Shown here in pieces: positions 58,732 through 64,000 of a stretch of 64,000 nt of DNA. Each line of letters begins with the position of its first letter. The first letter of the stretch is position 1. Made by a program: the position numbers and the translations under genes. The stretch lies in the NCBI GenBank assembly GCA_965223415.1, contig OZ245002.1, positions 1,600,001 through 1,664,000 on the forward strand. The letters run 5' to 3'. A model generated the notes under the pieces. It made no database searches, was not told the origin of the DNA, and worked only from the letters and a program-made list of their open reading frames with translations. Origin of the DNA: Myxococcota bacterium (GTDB lineage: Bacteria > Myxococcota_A > UBA9160 > UBA6930).

Positions 58732-60126
58732 ATGCAGTCCCGCCTCCGTGCTGCCACTGCGTGCGCGGCCCTCGCCGTGCTCGCGAACGCGGCGTCGGCC
58801 GCCGACCTGACGCCCCGCTGTGCCGGGTGCAACCTGATCGTCATCTCCGTCGACACCGTGCGGGCCGATCACCTGAGCTGTCAGGGCCACATGCGGGACA
58901 CGAGCCCCGCGATCTGCCGCTTCTTCGCCGCGGGCACCATCTTCGAGAACGCGGTCAGTCAGTCCCCCTGGACCGGTCCGGCGCACGCCTCGATGTTCAC
59001 CTCGCGCTACCCCCACGAGCACGGGCTGAACTTCGGGCCCAAGGCGCCCCGGGTGCGGAGCGACGCCGATCTCTTCTCGATCCTGGGGCGGCACGGCTAC
59101 TTCACAGCGGCGATCCACGGCGGGGGCTACGTCACCCAGGCCCTGCCGGAGGCGGGTCTCGACGCTGTCGTCGCGGGCAAGTCGATCACTTTCCGGCGCA
59201 GCCCGGTCCAGCTGATGCGTCGGGCGTTGCAGGACAAGCCGGCCGGCGCGCCGTTTGCCCTCTTTCTGCACGGCTACGATCCGCACCTCGACTACAAGCC
59301 GACGCGGAACTGGTTCGGCCCGCCGCAGCCGCGCTTCGACGCGGTGGCGAGCGAGGGCGGGCGACTCTGCGCCTACGAGACCCTGGGCGACGACTCGAAG
59401 CGCATCGACCCGAAGACCGTTCCGCAGGATCCGGCAGCGCGGCACCACTTCGAGCTCCTCTACGACAGCGAGATCCGCGACGTGGACCGCTCCCTCGAGC
59501 GGCTCTTCCGGCATCTGGAGCGCAGCGGTCTCGTGGCACGCACCGTCGTGCTCTTCACGTCGGATCACGGCGAAGAGTTCTTCGAGCACGGAAGCTGCGA
59601 GCACGTGAAGACGGTCCACCACGAAGTCCTGCACGTCCCCTTCATGCTCCGCGTCCCGGGCCGCCCGGCGGGGCGGCGCCGGGAGTTCGTTCCTGCGTCG
59701 ATCGGTCTGGCGCCCACCGTGCTGGATGCGTTGGGCATCGATCCGGCTCCCTTCGGCTTCTCCGGGTGGAGCCTCCTGCCCCCGGGCCCGGAGCGGACCT
59801 TTTTCGCGGAGACGGCCTTTCACTACGACGGTCGGATCCTCCGGCGCCACGCCGTGCAACGGGGAGCGCGAAAGCTCCTCTTGGACGTGGAGACGGGGCG
59901 GATCCAGTCCTTCGACCTCTCACGAGATCCCGCCGAGAGCGTGGATCTGGCGGCCGACGGCCTCCGCGCGGAAGACCGCGAGCTCGAGAAAGCACTGCGC
60001 CGGCGCGTTCGAGAGTCGATCGCGGCGACGGATACCGGAGGCGCGGCGATGGACTGCGACACCATCCGCGCCCTCCGCAGCCTCGGCTACCTGGACGCGG
60101 GGAGCGACGCCGAGCGGTGTCCCTGA
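58732..60126 (+). CDS. Secreted sulfatase-like (alkaline phosphatase superfamily) protein
   Basis: Signal peptide; ISVDTVRADH, WTGPAHASMFT, DPH, TSDHGE and LRSLGY motifs. Confidence 0.85.
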   Translation: MQSRLRAATACAALAVLANAASAADLTPRCAGCNLIVISVDTVRADHLSCQGHMRDTSPAICRFFAAGTIFENAVSQSPWTGPAHASMFTSRYPHEHGLNFGPKAPRVRSDADLFSILGRHGYFTAAIHGGGYVTQALPEAGLDAVVAGKSITFRRSPVQLMRRALQDKPAGAPFALFLHGYDPHLDYKPTRNWFGPPQPRFDAVASEGGRLCAYETLGDDSKRIDPKTVPQDPAARHHFELLYDSEIRDVDRSLERLFRHLERSGLVARTVVLFTSDHGEEFFEHGSCEHVKTVHHEVLHVPFMLRVPGRPAGRRREFVPASIGLAPTVLDALGIDPAPFGFSGWSLLPPGPERTFFAETAFHYDGRILRRHAVQRGARKLLLDVETGRIQSFDLSRDPAESVDLAADGLRAEDRELEKALRRRVRESIAATDTGGAAMDCDTIRALRSLGYLDAGSDAERCP

Positions 60127-60165
60127 AACCGGCCCGGCCGGCTGTGGGCAGCCCGCGCCTGCTAC

Positions 60166-60324
60166 GACGGGCAGGTCTTCCGCACTCTTCACCTCCCCCA
60201 GGCCGACGGCGCCGTCGCGGACGACGGGCCCGAGCGTCCGGTAGCCCCGCTCCGTCAGCGCGCCGAGTAGACGCGGCAGGTCTCCGTCCGGGAGCCAGCG
60301 CTCGTCACCGTTCGACCGGTCCAG
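60166..60324 (-). pseudogene. N-terminal remnant of an AsrA/sulfhydrogenase-beta-like 4Fe-4S subunit
   Basis: AAGGAGG RBS, then DLPRLLGALTERGYRTLGPVVRDGAVGLGEVKSAEDLPV; the resemblance stops abruptly. Confidence 0.55.
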
Positions 60325-60568
60325 GGGGTGCGCCTCCTTCGCGATCGTAGCAGTGCGGCCGCGGAGGAGACCCGGGTTTCGACGCGTCGACGCTGCGGGG
60401 CGCGGGGCGTTCCGGCGGGCTGGTGGGGCACGGCGGTGCACTGGTCGCAGATCGCGGCGGCGTCTGGCGCGAGACAGCCGTCGCGTGGTCATCACGTCCG
60501 ATCCGGAGGGCAGCGAGGACGTCCGCCAGTGGGCGTTCGACCTTGACGGCGGCAGGCTGCGCCGACGC

Positions 60569-61963
60569 CTACGCGCGCAGTCCGCTCCGATGGCGGGCCA
60601 GGTAGCTCGCCGTGAGCGCCTCGATCTCCTGGATGCCCAGCTCCCGCGCGTAGGCCAGCAGGAACCCCCGGAGATAGGGCTCGGGAGGAAGCGATGCGAA
60701 GCGCTCGCGCTCGATATCGCCGAGGCCGTGGATACACGTGCGCTCGGTCATCTCGCGCAGCGTCAGGCCGAGCCGTCTGCGACACCGGCGCAGGTAGGCG
60801 CCCGGTCGCTCGAGATCGAGAGCGGGCAGCGAGGGGGACGGCGGGGGCGTTGCCGGAGGCGCCACCTGGGTGCGCCGCCCCGTCCGGGTGGGCTCCGCTC
60901 GGCGCGACGCGAGGGAACCGCCGGGCTCCGCTCCGCGCGACGCGTGGGAACCGCCGGGCTCCGCTCCGCGCGACGCGTGGGAACCGCCGGGCTCCGGCGT
61001 CTCCCACTCCTCGCGGAGGAGACGCCCCGCAAGCGCGTCGATCTGGCGCGCGAAGGCGCTCCGCGCGAACAGCTGGGGTGCGGGTCTCCTCCGCGCGACG
61101 GCCTCCCGCACGTGGGGGTCGGCATCGATGTGGCCCGCGTAGTCGATCGCTACGCCCAGACGCTCCCAGCAGCGCGCGGCGAGTGCCGGTCCGACCTGCC
61201 GGTCCTCGAGATCCCGGGCCTGGTTGACCAGCAGGAGCGGTGCGAAGGCCTCGGCCTGCTCCGCCAGCAGCTTGGCCGCAAGCGGGTCGATCCGCCGGAC
61301 CCCTGCGATCAGGTCCCAGGTCGAGCCCACGCGACGCAGCGAGCCGTCCTCGTTGGCCCGAAGAATGGCGGCGCGCACCTCCGGACGGCGCGTCACCACC
61401 CGCAGCGAGCGGTAGAAGGCGGCCCGGATGAAGTGCTGCGCATTCTCGATCGCCGTGGGCTCGGACGTCACCACGACCAATCCGCGCCGTGCGACCAGGA
61501 ACGCGTCGAGCACGTTGAACGCGCTCCCGGCGCCGAGGTCGATCACCACCTCCTCCACGTCCAGGCCCCTCACGTGCCGGAGAAACTTCTCCTTCTGGCA
61601 GTGCTTCGGGTTCGCCATGTCGAGGAGCGCGCGGCTGGCGCTCACCAGGGAGAGGTGAGGGACGGATGTCGGCACCAGCAGCTCCGCAAGCGCTTTGACC
61701 TCTCCGCTCAGGAAGTGCGAGAGCGTCCACCGGGGCGCCGGGACCCCGAGCATGGTGTGCAGGTTCGCACCACCGAGATCCGCGTCGATCAGGGCACAGC
61801 GGCGCCCGCTCGCGGCCATCGCGCAGGCGAGGCTGGAGGCGACGAGGGACTTCCCAACGCCCCCCTTGCCGGCCCCGACGGCCCAGATTCGGGCTGCTCC
61901 GTCCAGCCTCGGCGCCGGAGCGGCCGGTTCCGTGAGCGTTCTCCGTTGTCCCCGTCGGTTCAT
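60569..61963 (-). CDS. MinD/FlhG-like P-loop ATPase with C-terminal RodZ-like HTH
   Basis: GKGGVGKS, IDADLGGANLH, DLGAG and EPTAIENA; C-terminal GAYLRRCRRRLGLTL..TCI..IE..YLRGFLLAYARELG. Confidence 0.85.
   Translation of the reverse strand: MNRRGQRRTLTEPAAPAPRLDGAARIWAVGAGKGGVGKSLVASSLACAMAASGRRCALIDADLGGANLHTMLGVPAPRWTLSHFLSGEVKALAELLVPTSVPHLSLVSASRALLDMANPKHCQKEKFLRHVRGLDVEEVVIDLGAGSAFNVLDAFLVARRGLVVVTSEPTAIENAQHFIRAAFYRSLRVVTRRPEVRAAILRANEDGSLRRVGSTWDLIAGVRRIDPLAAKLLAEQAEAFAPLLLVNQARDLEDRQVGPALAARCWERLGVAIDYAGHIDADPHVREAVARRRPAPQLFARSAFARQIDALAGRLLREEWETPEPGGSHASRGAEPGGSHASRGAEPGGSLASRRAEPTRTGRRTQVAPPATPPPSPSLPALDLERPGAYLRRCRRRLGLTLREMTERTCIHGLGDIERERFASLPPEPYLRGFLLAYARELGIQEIEALTASYLARHRSGLRA
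60890..60996. repeat. 33-bp in-frame tandem repeat (3.2 copies)
   Basis: gggctccgctcSgcgcgacgcgWgggaaccgcc units at 60890, 60923 and 60956; encodes EPGGS(H/L)ASR(G/R)A. Confidence 0.9.
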
Positions 61964-62258
61964 CCAGCCCCTCCCCCGAAGCGAGCGGCACGACCTCCTT
62001 CTGCTCGACATCTTCCGGGCCGCCGCGCGTGAGCCCACTCACACGCCCGCCGCCCGCCTCCTCCCCAGGCAGCCCGTGCGCAGGTTTCCCAGGCCTGTGC
62101 GCCCGAAGCGAGCACCAAAGCGGCGCCCCCGCCTGCGAAGGCGGCCGCGACGGCCCCGAGATGGGTTGAATTCGCCCCGCTTCCCTTCGCAGTCAACGGG
62201 TGGGCGCGATCGACCGATAGGGACGAACCACCCGGCCAGCGGTGACACCCGGGGAACC

Positions 62259-64000
62259 ATGCAACTCCAGAAGTTCCGCGTCAGCAATTTCCGCAACATC
62301 CACGACAGCGGGTGGGTCGAGCTGGCTCGCACGACGGCTCTCGTCGGCCGCAACGAGAGCGGGAAGACGAACCTCCTGAGCGCACTGATGGCGCTCGTGC
62401 ACGACGAGGACACGTCGCCCTTCGATCGAGCGCGCGACTTTCCGGCGGACCGGATGCGGAAGGAGTACCGGGGCGATCTGACGGTCCTGCGCACGTGCTG
62501 GCAGCTCACGCCCGAGGAACGCTCGGAGCTCGCCGCCCTGCTCCGGGACGACGAGAGCCCCGGGACGGTCGAGGTGGAGCTCCGCTTCGAGGGTCCGCCG
62601 CTCGTGCACTTCGGTGATGCGTCGTCCGGCCGCCGCGACGAGTGTGATGTGGATGCGAGAGCGGAAGGAGACACGCCCGATGCCACGAGCGCCTTCCCGG
62701 GGCTCGAGGTTCCCCGCGTTCACGACCCCGCGGCTGCAGCCCAGTGGGTCCTGGATCGCCTGCCCTGCATCCTCCACGCTGACCAGGCGCCCGACATCGA
62801 CGGCCGCATGGATCTGCGCGGCTTCGCGCGTCGGCGCCGCGAGGGCGAGCCCGCGCCCGGCGATCTCCAGTTCGCGCTGCTGCTCGACGTCGCCGGGATC
62901 GAGGACGAACAGCTCGACGAGATCCTGGAGACCGATGTCGAGGCGCGCCGCCAGCTCATGGCCCAGGCCGGCGCCACCGTGACGCGGGCGATTCGCGAGA
63001 TCTGGACGGATCGACCGCTCAAGGTGCGCTTCCATCTGGATGGCGATCAACTGAACACCCTGGTCTGCGACCCGACCGCCCTCGCCGACGTGGAGGTCAA
63101 CCTGAATCAGCGCAGCTGCGGCTTTCGCTGGTTCTTCGCGTTCTTCGTGATCCTGAAGGCCTCCCAGAAGGCGGCCGACGATCGCGGCATCCTGCTCATC
63201 CTCGACGAGCCCGGACGTCACCTGCACCCCGTGGGTCAGCTCGACTTGATCCGCTTCCTGACCGCGCTCGACGCTCCGTCGCTCATCACGACACAGTCGC
63301 CGGCCTTCCTCCCCTCGGGCGCCGGCTCGACGATCCTGTCCGTCCTTCACGATCCGCAGACCGGAACGAACGTGTCGACCGGGGCCATCGATCTCCACGC
63401 GATCCCGGGGGTGGTCACCGCCGCGGCTCCCGACGTCGCCGAACCCGTTGCGGAGCCGATCGTGTTGCCCGCCGCGGCCGAGCGTCCTGTTCGCGAATCG
63501 GAAGAGCCGGCCGACTCGGAGCCGACTCCGATCGACGAGGGCGGTGAGCTTCTCGGAGACGCCGCCGGGGAACCGGTCGCGGAGGCCGAAGGAGCCAAGC
63601 CCGCCTCACTCGAGATCGCGAACGAGCCGGACGATGCCCCGCCCGCCGCCGGTCCGGAGAACCTCGAAGCTCCCGAGTCCGCCACCGCAGTCGAGGCGCC
63701 CGCCGTCCAGGTCCTGTCCCTCGACGACGCCGGCGCGCGCATGGTGTCCGGGCTGGTCGGCGACGGCCCGGCCCTGCTCGTCGAGCACCTCTCGGACTTC
63801 TGGTACCTGCGCTCCATCTCCGAACACCGGAAGGCACTCGGCCACACCGGACTCCCGAATCGGATCGTTCCGGTGCCGGCTGGCGGCGCGGCCTACCTCG
63901 GACTGCTCGCGCGCCTCACCCGCCAGGGCAGACACGAGGCGGTCGTCGTGCTCGGCAGCCGACCGCCCGCGGAGATGAGCGCCGCGCTCGGCCCCCTGTC
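62259..64000 (+). CDS. AAA_15/OLD-family ABC-type ATPase with TOPRIM-like C-terminus (3'-truncated by window edge; absent from ORF track)
   Basis: MQLQKFRVSNFRNIHDSG, Walker A GRNESGKT, RSCGFRWFF signature, Walker B LILDEPGRHLHP, then ALLVEHLSD..PAGG. Confidence 0.8.
   Translation, partial: MQLQKFRVSNFRNIHDSGWVELARTTALVGRNESGKTNLLSALMALVHDEDTSPFDRARDFPADRMRKEYRGDLTVLRTCWQLTPEERSELAALLRDDESPGTVEVELRFEGPPLVHFGDASSGRRDECDVDARAEGDTPDATSAFPGLEVPRVHDPAAAAQWVLDRLPCILHADQAPDIDGRMDLRGFARRRREGEPAPGDLQFALLLDVAGIEDEQLDEILETDVEARRQLMAQAGATVTRAIREIWTDRPLKVRFHLDGDQLNTLVCDPTALADVEVNLNQRSCGFRWFFAFFVILKASQKAADDRGILLILDEPGRHLHPVGQLDLIRFLTALDAPSLITTQSPAFLPSGAGSTILSVLHDPQTGTNVSTGAIDLHAIPGVVTAAAPDVAEPVAEPIVLPAAAERPVRESEEPADSEPTPIDEGGELLGDAAGEPVAEAEGAKPASLEIANEPDDAPPAAGPENLEAPESATAVEAPAVQVLSLDDAGARMVSGLVGDGPALLVEHLSDFWYLRSISEHRKALGHTGLPNRIVPVPAGGAAYLGLLARLTRQGRHEAVVVLGSRPPAEMSAALGPL

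Noticed and set aside
60890..60996. 33-bp repeats as a CRISPR array
   Set aside because: Contiguous units with no spacers, in frame within a CDS, and no cas genes.
62259..64000. Calling the ATPase a Gabija/PARIS/Septu system
   Set aside because: No partner gene is visible, the ORF is truncated by the window, and key motifs are degenerate.

Overview
GC-rich (roughly 70% by eye) bacterial chromosome segment. The gene content tentatively suggests a Myxococcota/'Deltaproteobacteria'-type organism; this is inference only. Most of the window is lipid/aromatic catabolism: acyl-CoA dehydrogenases, enoyl-CoA hydratases, P450s, a Rieske oxygenase, a carotenoid oxygenase, a BVMO and TetR regulators. 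There are also four tRNAs (Ser-TGA, Ser-GCT, Ser-GGA and an unusual Arg-GCG). No CRISPR array, transposase, integrase or rRNA was seen. Highlights: (1) a ~150-175 nt structured 5' leader shared by an RRM RNA-binding protein gene and an orphan TIR-like gene, with compensatory changes and identical spacing from a -10-like box, which is a candidate new cis-regulatory RNA and regulon; (2) two genes split by the ORF track at an in-frame UGA in a redox motif, each followed by a SECIS-like hairpin with an AGTT loop, so probably selenoproteins; (3) a zinc-finger-histone fusion (bacterial histone) between an unusual MMPL-cNMP-TerB transporter and a tRNA cluster; (4) a TetR regulon marked by three TnnA(A/G)CATGTTnnA operators; (5) several deletion scars or chimeric genes; (6) a degenerate OLD-like ATPase-TOPRIM gene running off the right edge. 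All calls come from motif recognition by eye; no searches or folding were run.
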